A DNA stretch of 46,780 bases from an uncultured Candidatus Peregrinibacteria bacterium (lineage in GTDB: Bacteria > Patescibacteriota > Gracilibacteria > Peribacterales > Peribacteraceae), in the NCBI GenBank assembly GCA_903822115.1, contig CAIJNU010000040.1, positions 1 through 46,780 on the forward strand. The letters are read 5' to 3'. This document shows, piece after piece, positions 8,972-17,608 of this stretch. Below the pieces are notes generated by a model, which made no database searches, had not been told where the DNA came from, and worked only from the letters and a program-made list of their open reading frames with translations. Both the position numbers and the translations under genes were made by a program. Every line of letters starts with the position of its first letter. Within the stretch, counting starts at the first letter, position 1.

Positions 8972-10303
8972 ATGCAGGAGATCACGTACCGAACGCCGAA
9001 ATTTTTCGATGAGCTGGCAGCAGCGAAGGAGAAGCACGTGCACGTAATTCTCATCGCGACGAAGCCGGATATCATCAAGCAGATTCCGATGTATCGCGAG
9101 CTCAAGAAGCGCAAGCACCTCGTGCTTCTCGGACACACCGGACAGCATTACAGCGAAAATCTGAGCGGAGGAATGCTGAAGGAGTTCGGCGTCGAACCGG
9201 ATTTCAATTTGAACGTTCGAGGCGCTCCCTACGAAGTCGTGAGCCAGATCATCGGGAGGCTCGGGTTCGTCTTCGCGGAGATGAAGCGTCTCGGGAAGAT
9301 CGTCATTCCCTACGTGCACGGCGACACCACCACCGCCATGGCCGCGAGCAACGCGGGATTCTTCCACGGATTCGCATCGGTGCACGTGGAGGCTGGGATC
9401 CGCACGCTCACTCCCGCATATCATCTTTCCCCGCTCATTTCGCAGAAGGCGGGAACTGTCGACGTGGAAGCATGGAGAACGTTCCTCATGGATCGCAATA
9501 ACTGGGAGCGCGGGAGCCTCGAGCCGTACCCCGAACAGTTCAACACACGCTGCAGCGAGGCGGCGACGGGAGTGCATCTCGCGCCCGTCGAGCTTGATCG
9601 AGAATTCCTCCTCGCGGAAGGATAGTCCGCCGACCGCATCGCCGTCGTGGGAAATTCCGTCGTCGATGCCACGCTGGAAGCGGTGGAACGTTCCGCGGAT
9701 TCGAAGATTTTCGATCAATACCCGATGTTGAAGAATGGCGACTTCGTGCGCTTCTGCGTCCATCGGAGGGAGAACTGCGGTTCCGATCGTCGCTTCCTCG
9801 CCATCTACGGCGCGATGAAGGAACTGATAGAGGAGGGGCGCGGCGTTCTCCTCATTTCGCTCTTCCAGACGGAGGAAGCGCTGAAGAGGCTTGGGCTGAA
9901 GGAGGAGGTCGAGAAGCTCGTAAGCTCGCATCCGAATTTCATCTACTCGCCCGTGTGGCCCAAGTACGGCGACGTCATCGCGGCGATGCGCAACGCCGCG
10001 GTGTGTGCCACGGATTCGGGATCGATGCAGGAGGAGATGAATGTGCTCGGCGTCCCCTGCGTGACGCTGCGCTTCGGATCGGATCGCAGTGAATCCGCGA
10101 TGAACGGCGGCAACATCATCGCGCCTCCTGTCTCCTCGCACATTGTGAAGGAGTCGATTCTCTACAGTTGGAAAAATGAGAAGATGCGACAGGCGCCGAA
10201 GATCTACGGGGGAGGGGTGAGTGAGAAGTCGATCGACGTCGTCGAGAAAATTCTGAAGAAAGGAGAGATATTCCGCGCCGACGAAGAGCGCCTCCATCTC
10301 TGA
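8972..10303 (+). pseudogene. wecB: UDP-N-acetylglucosamine 2-epimerase interrupted by one in-frame TAG (9623..9625)
   Basis: ORFs 8972..9625 and 9647..10303 share a reading frame. Read through the TAG, the translation is ...FLLAEG*SADRIAVVGNSVVDATLEAV..., matching the conserved epimerase segment (E. coli [23 protein letters not shown], from memory). Both halves look intact (HTGQHY, HVEAGIRT, DSGSMQEE). Confidence 0.8.
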
Positions 10304-10305
10304 TC

Positions 10306-11751
10306 ATGCCGACACTTCGCTCCGTTCGTGAATGGCTCACCATCCTCCTCGTGTTTCTTTTGCCGTTCCATGCGCTGCTCGTAACGCTCGGAACGAAGCT
10401 GCTCCTCGGGCCCGATCACGCCCCTTCCGTCATCCTAGCTCTCTGGAAGGACGCACTCCTCGGCGTCATTCTCTTTCTCGCGTGTGTGGAAATATTTCTT
10501 GAGAGGAAGAAGTTCGCTGTCGATATCCTCGACATTCTCATCGCTTGTCTGTTCGTGCTTGCCGCGATTCTTGGCTTTGTACTGCATCAATCTCACAGTT
10601 CCTTCCTCCTCGGATTTCGCTACGATCTCCTCCTGCTCGTCGCCTTCTGTCTGCTTCGGCGCGTGTCTTGGTCTGATGTATTCGCTGCGCGCCTGATGAA
10701 GGGCGTGCCGATCGTCGCCGGTGTCATCGCGCTCACCGCACTCGTCAGTCTCTTCCTGCCGGTTTCGGTATTCCGCGCACTCGGATACTCATCACTCCAT
10801 TCGCTCTACGTGCCGAGTGGCCCCCTCGCTCCGTTTCAGCAAATCGGCGAATCGGTGCTCCGTCGCGTCCAGGGGGCGATGAGCGGACCGAATCAGTTGG
10901 GCATTTGGCTTTTAATTCCTCTGAGCATGCTTCTCTCATTGTTTGTCGTGAAGTGGGGAGAAGAAAAGAATGATTCTCGTTATCTTTTCTGTCTTCTTTG
11001 CCTTCTCTCTCTTGCTCTCCTTCTTACCTACTCACGCGCGGCGTGGCTTGCTGCCGGCGTGATGGTCGCAGTCGCGCTCTCCCGGAAACTTCCCCCCCGC
11101 TTCTTTCGACGTTTTCTGATCTGGTCTGGGCTCTCGGTGATCGGCATCTTCGTGGTTGCTGCTGTGGCCTTCCCGCAAGTCGTCTTCCGTCTCTCCTCCA
11201 CGCGCGGTCATCTTGTGCGACCGTTGCAGGCGCTCTCTCTCATGGCGCAGCATCCGCTCGGGATGGGGCTTGCGTCGGCGGGGCCGGCGAGCAACCGCTT
11301 CAATGAACCTTGCGTCTTCCTCAGGCCGCAGGACGATCCTTCGTGGGCCAAGAGTCAGCCTTTTCTCTGCGTCTTCGTCGGCGAGAAGCAAGTGCAGCCG
11401 CTTGATCACGCGTGCCGCTGTCCGTTCCTTCCGGAAGATTGGTACCTTCAGATTGGCGTGGAACTCGGAGTCGAGGGGTTTGTTCTGTTCGTGATGTTGG
11501 TGGTGATGGTTCTACGGCGGTTGAGAATGAATAATGGAAAATTGATAATGGATAATGGATCGAAAAATTCCCCATTATCCATTATCAATTATTCATTCCG
11601 CTTCGCGGCTTTCCTCTCCTTCCTCGGTATTTCCATCGCCGCGATCTTCCTCCATGCGTGGGAAGATGCGGCTGTCGCCTACACGGGATGGATTCTCGTC
11701 GCCGTTGCGTTGCCCGTTATGGGGCACAAGAAGAACGCTGAAGCACGATGA
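10306..11751 (+). CDS. O-antigen ligase / Wzy_C-family polytopic membrane protein
   Basis: It has about ten or more TM segments and the LLTYSRAAWLAAGV motif typical of the O-antigen ligase family, followed by a large loop. Confidence 0.8.
   Translation: MPTLRSVREWLTILLVFLLPFHALLVTLGTKLLLGPDHAPSVILALWKDALLGVILFLACVEIFLERKKFAVDILDILIACLFVLAAILGFVLHQSHSSFLLGFRYDLLLLVAFCLLRRVSWSDVFAARLMKGVPIVAGVIALTALVSLFLPVSVFRALGYSSLHSLYVPSGPLAPFQQIGESVLRRVQGAMSGPNQLGIWLLIPLSMLLSLFVVKWGEEKNDSRYLFCLLCLLSLALLLTYSRAAWLAAGVMVAVALSRKLPPRFFRRFLIWSGLSVIGIFVVAAVAFPQVVFRLSSTRGHLVRPLQALSLMAQHPLGMGLASAGPASNRFNEPCVFLRPQDDPSWAKSQPFLCVFVGEKQVQPLDHACRCPFLPEDWYLQIGVELGVEGFVLFVMLVVMVLRRLRMNNGKLIMDNGSKNSPLSIINYSFRFAAFLSFLGISIAAIFLHAWEDAAVAYTGWILVAVALPVMGHKKNAEAR
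11525..11598. repeat. AT-rich imperfect palindrome embedded in frame in the O-antigen-ligase-like CDS
   Basis: The left arm GAATGAATAAT(GGAAAAT)TGATAATGGATAATGG pairs with the right arm CCATTATCCATTATCAATTATTCATTC, giving 16-bp and 11-bp helices with a 7-nt bulge and a 13-nt loop. There is a sharp local GC drop. It translates as RMNNGKLIMDNGSKNSPLSIINYSF. Confidence 0.85.
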
Positions 11752-13613
11752 TTTCGTCGGGCAGTGCCTGCTACACTGCTCCCATGAATTCCGTCCGTGC
11801 CGGTTCCATCGTCATACTTGATAGCGGCGGGCAGTACGCTCACCTCATCGGCAATCGCGTGCGTCGGCTCGGAGCATTCTCCGAGATTCGCATCGCGGAG
11901 ACGAAGGCGGAGGATCTGAGGGGTGCGGCGGGCATCATCCTCTCCGGCGGACCGCAGAGCGTCTACGAGGAGGGCAGCCCGCAGCCCGACCCCGCGATTT
12001 TCGAGCTTGGCATTCCGGTCCTCGGCATTTGCTACGGTCATCAGTGGGTCGCGCATGCGCTCGGAGGCGCGGTGAAGCCGGGGAAGATCAAGGAATACGG
12101 GCACGCGGACTTAAACATCGTCACTCCGGAGAGCGTCCTCTTCCGAGGACTTCCGTTGCGATTCGGCGTGTGGATGTCGCACGGGGATGAGGTGGCGGAT
12201 CTGCCGCCGGGATTCTCAACCCTCGCGAGCTCCGATACCTGCACCATCGCCGCCATGGGCGATGAGGAGCGGCGCATCTTCGGCGTCCAGTTTCACCTCG
12301 AAGTGACCCACACGCAGCACGGCATGGAGATCCTCAAGCGCTTCGTCGATCTCTGCGAGCCCGCACCGTGGTCGATGGAAGGATTCGCCAAGAGGATCGG
12401 GCAGGAGATCGCGCAGACGGTCGGGGACAGGAGAGTCTTCATGCTGGTGTCCGGCGGCGTGGATTCCTCCGTCGCATTCACGCTGCTCAATGACGTCCTC
12501 GGCGTCGACCGCGTGCAGGGGTTGCTCGTCGACACCGGTCTCATGCGCAAGAACGAAGTGCGCAACATTCGACAGGCATTCGATCGTCTGGGCATCACCA
12601 ACCTCCAGATCGCAGACGCCTCGGAGGAGTTCTTCCGAAATTTGAAAGGCATCTACGATCCGGAGGAGAAGCGCCGCATCATCGGCCAGACATTCCTCGA
12701 CGTGCAGAAGCGCGTGAGCGAGGAGATGGGGCTGGGAATGGTGGGAAGCCCTTCGGCAGGCTCAGGGCAAACGTCGCAAAGCGACGTTTGGATGCTCGGA
12801 CAGGGCACGATCTATCCCGATACGATCGAAACGAAAGGAACGAAGCACGCCGATCACATCAAGACGCATCACAACCGTGTCGCGGCCATACAGGCGATGA
12901 TCGAGAAGGGGCTCGTGATCGAGCCGCTCAAGGATCTCTACAAGGATGAGGTGAGAGCGCTCGGCGAGGAGCTCGGCTTGCCGAGCGATTTCGTCTGGCG
13001 CCACCCCTTCCCGGGTCCCGGCCTCGGCGTGCGCATTCTCTGCGCGCAGGAACTAAGCCTCCCGAAGGAAATCGGCACCGTCGATCTTCCGCATCTCGTG
13101 CTGCCGGTGCGTTCCGTCGGCGTGCAGGGGGACGGCAGGACGTACCGCCACGCTGTTGCGCTCTTCGGGGAACACCCGTCGGAGGTGCCGCATGCGTATC
13201 GCGCGATGGCGACGACGATCCCCAATGCCATTCCCGCCTTTAACCGCGTCCTGTTCTGCTCGTCACACACTGCTCCACCACCTCTCATATTTACGCCGGG
13301 GTATCTCACACGCGAGCGAGCCGATCTCCTGCGCGAGGCGGATGCCGTCGTGGATGAGGAGCTGCGCCGCGCCGATCTCTACTCCGTCATCTGGCAGTTC
13401 CCCGTCGTTCTCCTTCCGTTCGGGACGAAGGAGGGGGGAGAGTCGATCGTGCTTCGGCCTGTGGAATCGCAGGAGGCCATGACGGCTTCAGCCGCGCCTC
13501 TTCCTCCCGCGCTCCTGCGCCGCATTACCGATCGCCTCCTCGCATTGCCGGGAATCGACATGGTGTTCCTCGATCTCACGAGCAAGCCGCCCGCGACAAT
13601 TGAATGGGAATAA
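11748..13613 (+). CDS. guaA: GMP synthase (glutamine-hydrolysing)
   Basis: It has a GATase domain (GICYGHQ), the ATP-pyrophosphatase P-loop VSGGVDSSV and the C-terminal PPATIEWE. The start overlaps the upstream stop by ATGA. Confidence 0.95.
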   Translation: MISSGSACYTAPMNSVRAGSIVILDSGGQYAHLIGNRVRRLGAFSEIRIAETKAEDLRGAAGIILSGGPQSVYEEGSPQPDPAIFELGIPVLGICYGHQWVAHALGGAVKPGKIKEYGHADLNIVTPESVLFRGLPLRFGVWMSHGDEVADLPPGFSTLASSDTCTIAAMGDEERRIFGVQFHLEVTHTQHGMEILKRFVDLCEPAPWSMEGFAKRIGQEIAQTVGDRRVFMLVSGGVDSSVAFTLLNDVLGVDRVQGLLVDTGLMRKNEVRNIRQAFDRLGITNLQIADASEEFFRNLKGIYDPEEKRRIIGQTFLDVQKRVSEEMGLGMVGSPSAGSGQTSQSDVWMLGQGTIYPDTIETKGTKHADHIKTHHNRVAAIQAMIEKGLVIEPLKDLYKDEVRALGEELGLPSDFVWRHPFPGPGLGVRILCAQELSLPKEIGTVDLPHLVLPVRSVGVQGDGRTYRHAVALFGEHPSEVPHAYRAMATTIPNAIPAFNRVLFCSSHTAPPPLIFTPGYLTRERADLLREADAVVDEELRRADLYSVIWQFPVVLLPFGTKEGGESIVLRPVESQEAMTASAAPLPPALLRRITDRLLALPGIDMVFLDLTSKPPATIEWE

Positions 13614-13708
13614 TGGATATCTTGGCAGAAAGGGAATCCTTTTGGACATTTTGATGATATTATGTCAGAACTTGATTTCTACATTTTCTCCGTGTAGTCT
13701 CTTCGCCT

Positions 13709-14293
13709 ATGCAATATCCGATGCCACCAAATCAAGATTCTGTCAAACGCATGGAAGATGCGCTTGCAGGAGTTACGGAAGCATTCGCTGCAATCCGTCC
13801 TGAATCAGGGAATGCAGAGGGGAATCGAAATATTTCAGGTTTTGTTGAAGGCATACGTCGAAGATTCTTCGTTGAACTTTCCGACCTCGGCGATCAGCGA
13901 CAGCTGACTGATTTCGATACTCAGGTCAAACGGTTGAATGTAAATATGCACAGCAGTGAAATTCGGACATCCGTGGCCATCTTGCGGGAGGCAGTTGTCG
14001 CCTCCATCACTGCAAATCGCTTGTCCGTCGTACAGCCGCAACAAGTGAGTATGTTGAATGACATCGTCGAAAAAGCGAAATGTGTGGCGCATGAGTATCG
14101 TTCTTTTCAGGAGATGGGTTCAGAAACTCCGGGGAGGAATGTTGGTTCTCGCGTCTGTGCCGTTCTCTCTTGTGCCCAAGATTTTCTTCCTCCAAATTCA
14201 GGGAGGAGAGAATGGATTGAGTCTTTTAAGGCGCAGATTTTGCGTCTTCAGGGCGGGGGGGATATTCGTGAATTCGGCAAGGATTTAATTTGA
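13709..14293 (+). CDS. Hypothetical protein (orphan, lower GC than flanks)
   Basis: It is an ATG-initiated 194-aa ORF in a visibly AT-richer segment (13614..14330). It is predicted helical with no motif I recognise. Confidence 0.5.
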   Translation: MQYPMPPNQDSVKRMEDALAGVTEAFAAIRPESGNAEGNRNISGFVEGIRRRFFVELSDLGDQRQLTDFDTQVKRLNVNMHSSEIRTSVAILREAVVASITANRLSVVQPQQVSMLNDIVEKAKCVAHEYRSFQEMGSETPGRNVGSRVCAVLSCAQDFLPPNSGRREWIESFKAQILRLQGGGDIREFGKDLI

Positions 14294-14333
14294 TTGGGAA
14301 TGTGCTGCATACACGGAGGAAAAGGGCTACGCT

Positions 14334-14990
14334 GTGCTCCCCGTGGGATCTATCAGCATTCCTCTCTTCGGCGCCGAGGATGAGACGGAGGAGGTGAAGG
14401 AAACGCCCGCCGCATCCGATGCTCTCCCGTTCGTCACGAACGAGGAGCAATTGCAGACGCTCATTCGTCGGGCGCAGGAGGGGGACACGGAGGCGTTCGG
14501 CACTGTGTACGATCATTTTTTCCTCCCGATCTTCCGCTACGCGTCCTTTCGGGCTCCCAGAGAACTCGTGGAGGATCTTGTGTCCGATATTTTCGTGAAG
14601 GCGTGGGAGAAGCTGCACACGTACAAGATGCGCAAGGGAGTGCCCTTCGCCGCGTGGCTGTTTCGCATCGCGCGCCACACCGTCATCGATGCGTATCGCT
14701 CGCAGCGATCGTTCGAAGAAGTGTCCGAGGAACTCCCCGATCCCGATGTCCTCAATCATGCCGACTCGCAGGTGCGCAGCGACGACATCCTCAATGCCGT
14801 ACGCGTCGCCCTCGATCGGCTCCCGCGTCGCTATCGCGAAGTCCTCCTCCTCTCCTACATTGCCGAGCTCTCTCATGCGGAAGTGGCCCGCGCCATGCGC
14901 AAAACCGAGGGGGGAGTCCGCGTTCTGAAGTTCAGGGCGCTGCGCAAGCTCGCCTCCCTCCTTCCCCCCGAGTTTCGCGATTTGGCGTAA
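14334..14990 (+). CDS. ECF-type RNA polymerase sigma factor (sigma-70 family)
   Basis: Region 2 (FLPIFRYASF...DLVSDIFVKAWEKL, AWLFRIARHTVIDAYR) and the region 4 HTH (REVLLLSYIAELSHAEVARAMRKTEGGVRVLKFRALRKL) are present. An acidic N-terminal extension is present and the start is GTG. Confidence 0.85.
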   Translation: MLPVGSISIPLFGAEDETEEVKETPAASDALPFVTNEEQLQTLIRRAQEGDTEAFGTVYDHFFLPIFRYASFRAPRELVEDLVSDIFVKAWEKLHTYKMRKGVPFAAWLFRIARHTVIDAYRSQRSFEEVSEELPDPDVLNHADSQVRSDDILNAVRVALDRLPRRYREVLLLSYIAELSHAEVARAMRKTEGGVRVLKFRALRKLASLLPPEFRDLA

Positions 14991-15024
14991 CGGAACGCCC
15001 CTTTCCCCGTTTTTCCTCTTGCAG

Positions 15025-16983
15025 ATGCCCCTCCCTCCTTCCCCATCGGACGAGAGCGACCGCGCGGCGAAGGCGCTGGCCGCGACCTCGCGGCACGTCG
15101 TGCCGACGCAGGAACAGAGGAAAATCATCAAGCGAAACATGCTGCGACAGGTGTCGGCGCCCCACGCGCTGCTTCGAGCGAAGGAAGAACTTAAACCCGC
15201 GAAGGCACAGTCATCGCAGATCTGGCAGGCCATTCTCTCCCGTATCGCTCCTCTCCACACTGAGCACTTCTGGGAGAAGCTGCGTTCACTTTCTTCCGCT
15301 TCCGACACACTCAAGCTTTTTCTCCGGCGCAAGCTCCTACGGCGACTCGAGCCGGTTTCCGTCTCCTCATTCATGCGAATCGGAGGATACGTGGTGGCGT
15401 TCGGAGTCTTCCTCCTTGTGCTCCGTGCCAGTCCGATGCTCTTTCTCGCGCCGCACAGTCGCGCCGCTTCTTCCGTCGTTCTGATCCCCGTGCAAGGTGA
15501 AGTGTCGGTGTTGCGAGACGGACTCTGGCAACCTCTGACGGGGCAGATGACGCTCAAGGGGGCAGTGCGCATTCGCACGGGTGAGGCGAGTTCCGTTACG
15601 CTCATTGTTCGTGACGACGGCGTGCTTCGTCTCGGAGAGAATACGATCGTCGACGTTCCCGATTTCCCGGACAGTTCGCAGGGCAAACTGGCGGCTCTCC
15701 CGGAGGAGTTTGGTTTCGAGAGCGGTACTCTCTGGATCCAGGCGCTCATGCCCGAGTCGGCTCCGGGATGGATGATCGATGCCGCAGGGGCGCACGTTGC
15801 CATCCATGAAGGCAGTCTCTCCATGCAGGGGCAGACGGATCGCGTGGCGCTCGAAGTTTGGGATCGTCTCGCGAGCGTGTTTGAGACAAAGGGGAATGAA
15901 GTCGCGCTCGTTTCCGGTGACGGCCTGACCGTTCGCAGCGGGGAGAATCCGTCGCAGGGAGCGGTGACGGTGCTGGCGGAACAGAGTCCATGGGTGATCG
16001 ACAATCTCAAGCGCGATGCGGTGCATCGCAGCGAAGTCGCTCTTCTCCAGCAGGAGCGTCTCGCCAAGAATGCGGGCATCCTTCCCACCTCGCCGCTCTA
16101 TCCCGTGAAGCGCGTGGCGGAGGCGGTGGATATGATGCTGACATTCGGCAGCAGCGCACGGACACAGAAGCTCCTTGATCAGGCGGATACTCGTCTCAAC
16201 GAGGCCGCCGCGCTCCTCGCAAGTGGAAGCGGTTCTCAGGCCGCACAGAACACGTTGCAGGAATACAAAACCACGCTGCTCGCCGCCGCAGTGGCGACGG
16301 GCTCAGGCGCGCAGCAAGATCTCCTCAATCAACAGCTCACGTCCGATGTCGCAGACGTTTCGGCGGCGCTTCCCAGCGATGCTTCCTACCTCCTCAAGAA
16401 AACGGTTCTCGAAGCAGGTGCCTCGCTACCGGGGAGTCAGCTGAAGCCGGAGGATGTGATGGGAACCTTGCTCGTGGATGCGCTCTCCTCCATAACGCAC
16501 CAAGCGCAGGAGGGAGACGCGCCCGGCTCGATCCTCGCTTTCAAATCCCTCTCTTCATCCATCGCTCTCCTCGATGATTCCTCTTCGAGACTCTCGTCCA
16601 AAGTGCGCAAGGAGGCGCGCGCATCGCTTACAGTGCTTGCGCGAACGATCGAGCAGAGCGACAGATCCGGCGGGACCGGTACCGTCCTCGCATCGAGCGG
16701 TTTGGAGCGCTACCTCCCGTCGCCCGTAGGTGTGGGACCGATTCCTCTCACGGATGCCGAAGTGGATGCCTATGCGCAAGCGATCAAGAGCCGCATCTTC
16801 CTCTATAAAATGCCGCGCTCGCGTTACGATCAGTTGCTCGCCGAGAGCCGCGCTCTCGATAGTAATCCCGATCAGGGTCGCATCCTTCGTCGCCTCTATT
16901 ACATTCTGCCTCCCAATGGTCTCGCACAGTACGTGCGCACGGAATTCCAGAGGATTCGCAAGGACAAGGGCGGCATCATCTGA
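15025..16983 (+). CDS. Membrane-anchored anti-sigma-like protein (FecR-like domain plus DUF5667-like helical domain)
   Basis: It lies immediately downstream of the ECF sigma gene. It has one TM helix (GGYVVAFGVFLLVL), a FecR-like beta region (VLRDGLWQPL...VLRLGENTIVDV) and then PLYPVKRVAEAVDMMLTF..., resembling DUF5667 from memory. Confidence 0.7.
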   Translation: MPLPPSPSDESDRAAKALAATSRHVVPTQEQRKIIKRNMLRQVSAPHALLRAKEELKPAKAQSSQIWQAILSRIAPLHTEHFWEKLRSLSSASDTLKLFLRRKLLRRLEPVSVSSFMRIGGYVVAFGVFLLVLRASPMLFLAPHSRAASSVVLIPVQGEVSVLRDGLWQPLTGQMTLKGAVRIRTGEASSVTLIVRDDGVLRLGENTIVDVPDFPDSSQGKLAALPEEFGFESGTLWIQALMPESAPGWMIDAAGAHVAIHEGSLSMQGQTDRVALEVWDRLASVFETKGNEVALVSGDGLTVRSGENPSQGAVTVLAEQSPWVIDNLKRDAVHRSEVALLQQERLAKNAGILPTSPLYPVKRVAEAVDMMLTFGSSARTQKLLDQADTRLNEAAALLASGSGSQAAQNTLQEYKTTLLAAAVATGSGAQQDLLNQQLTSDVADVSAALPSDASYLLKKTVLEAGASLPGSQLKPEDVMGTLLVDALSSITHQAQEGDAPGSILAFKSLSSSIALLDDSSSRLSSKVRKEARASLTVLARTIEQSDRSGGTGTVLASSGLERYLPSPVGVGPIPLTDAEVDAYAQAIKSRIFLYKMPRSRYDQLLAESRALDSNPDQGRILRRLYYILPPNGLAQYVRTEFQRIRKDKGGII

Positions 16984-17037
16984 TGTTCGCACGTGAGATA
17001 TTGACGTGAAGCCCTTCCCCCTTCACACTTTTCGCCC

Positions 17038-17604
17038 ATGTATACGATCACTGATCTCAAACCCGGCCGCGCCGTCACTCTCGACGGACAACCTTACCTC
17101 GTCGTTTCCTCGCAGTTCGGACGCAAGAGCCAGAGCAAGGCGAACATGCAGTGTAAACTGAAGAATCTCAAAACGGGCGCGGTCGTCGCGCGCAACTTCC
17201 AGGGGAGCGAGAAGATCGAAGAGGCGGACGTCGGCTTTCGCCGCGTGCAATTCCTCTATGGTGGAGGCACACAGGGATACACGTTTATGGATTTGGAGAA
17301 CTACGATCAATTCGAACTCTCCGCGGATGTGCTCGAGGATATCCAGCAGTATCTGAGCGAGGGGCTCGAGGTGGATGCGCTCCTCTTCGATGGCAATCCG
17401 ATCGGGATCAAGCTACCCTCGACGGTCGTGCTCACGGTCAAAGAGACCATCCCGGGCGTGCGCGGCGACACCGCGACGGGGGGAGGGAAGCCTGCCACAA
17501 TGGAGACGGGCCTCGCCGTCACCGTTCCGCTCTTCATCAACGAAGGAGAGAAAATCCGGGTGAATACGGAGACGGGGGCGTATATGGAGCGCGCGAACGA
17601 CTGA
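17038..17604 (+). CDS. efp: Elongation factor P
   Basis: MYTITDLKPGRAVTLDGQPYLVV..., KLKNLKTGAVV and the length fit EF-P. Confidence 0.95.
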   Translation: MYTITDLKPGRAVTLDGQPYLVVSSQFGRKSQSKANMQCKLKNLKTGAVVARNFQGSEKIEEADVGFRRVQFLYGGGTQGYTFMDLENYDQFELSADVLEDIQQYLSEGLEVDALLFDGNPIGIKLPSTVVLTVKETIPGVRGDTATGGGKPATMETGLAVTVPLFINEGEKIRVNTETGAYMERAND

Positions 17605-17608
17605 CGCC

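Noticed and set aside
9623-9625. Global TAG reassignment or an alternative genetic code.
   Set aside because: TAG terminates several well-defined genes here (the GT2 gene at 153..155, the TagA-like gene at 7027..7029, the TrmB-like gene at 25032..25034, and folA at 29830..32). TGA and TAA also behave as stops. No other recognised gene is split.
8795-10297. A 500-aa minus-strand ORF. A similar 479-aa ORF is at 27177..28616 and a 263-aa ORF at 8003..8794.
   Set aside because: They are antisense to the epimerase, the DUF4015-like gene and gpmI respectively. They have no motifs and are R/H/D-rich, so they are GC-driven open frames.
14226-16088. A 620-aa ORF on the minus strand spanning the sigma / anti-sigma region.
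   Set aside because: It is antisense to two genes with clear family motifs. Its translation is R/S/A/P/C-rich low complexity, typical of spurious long antisense ORFs in GC-rich DNA.
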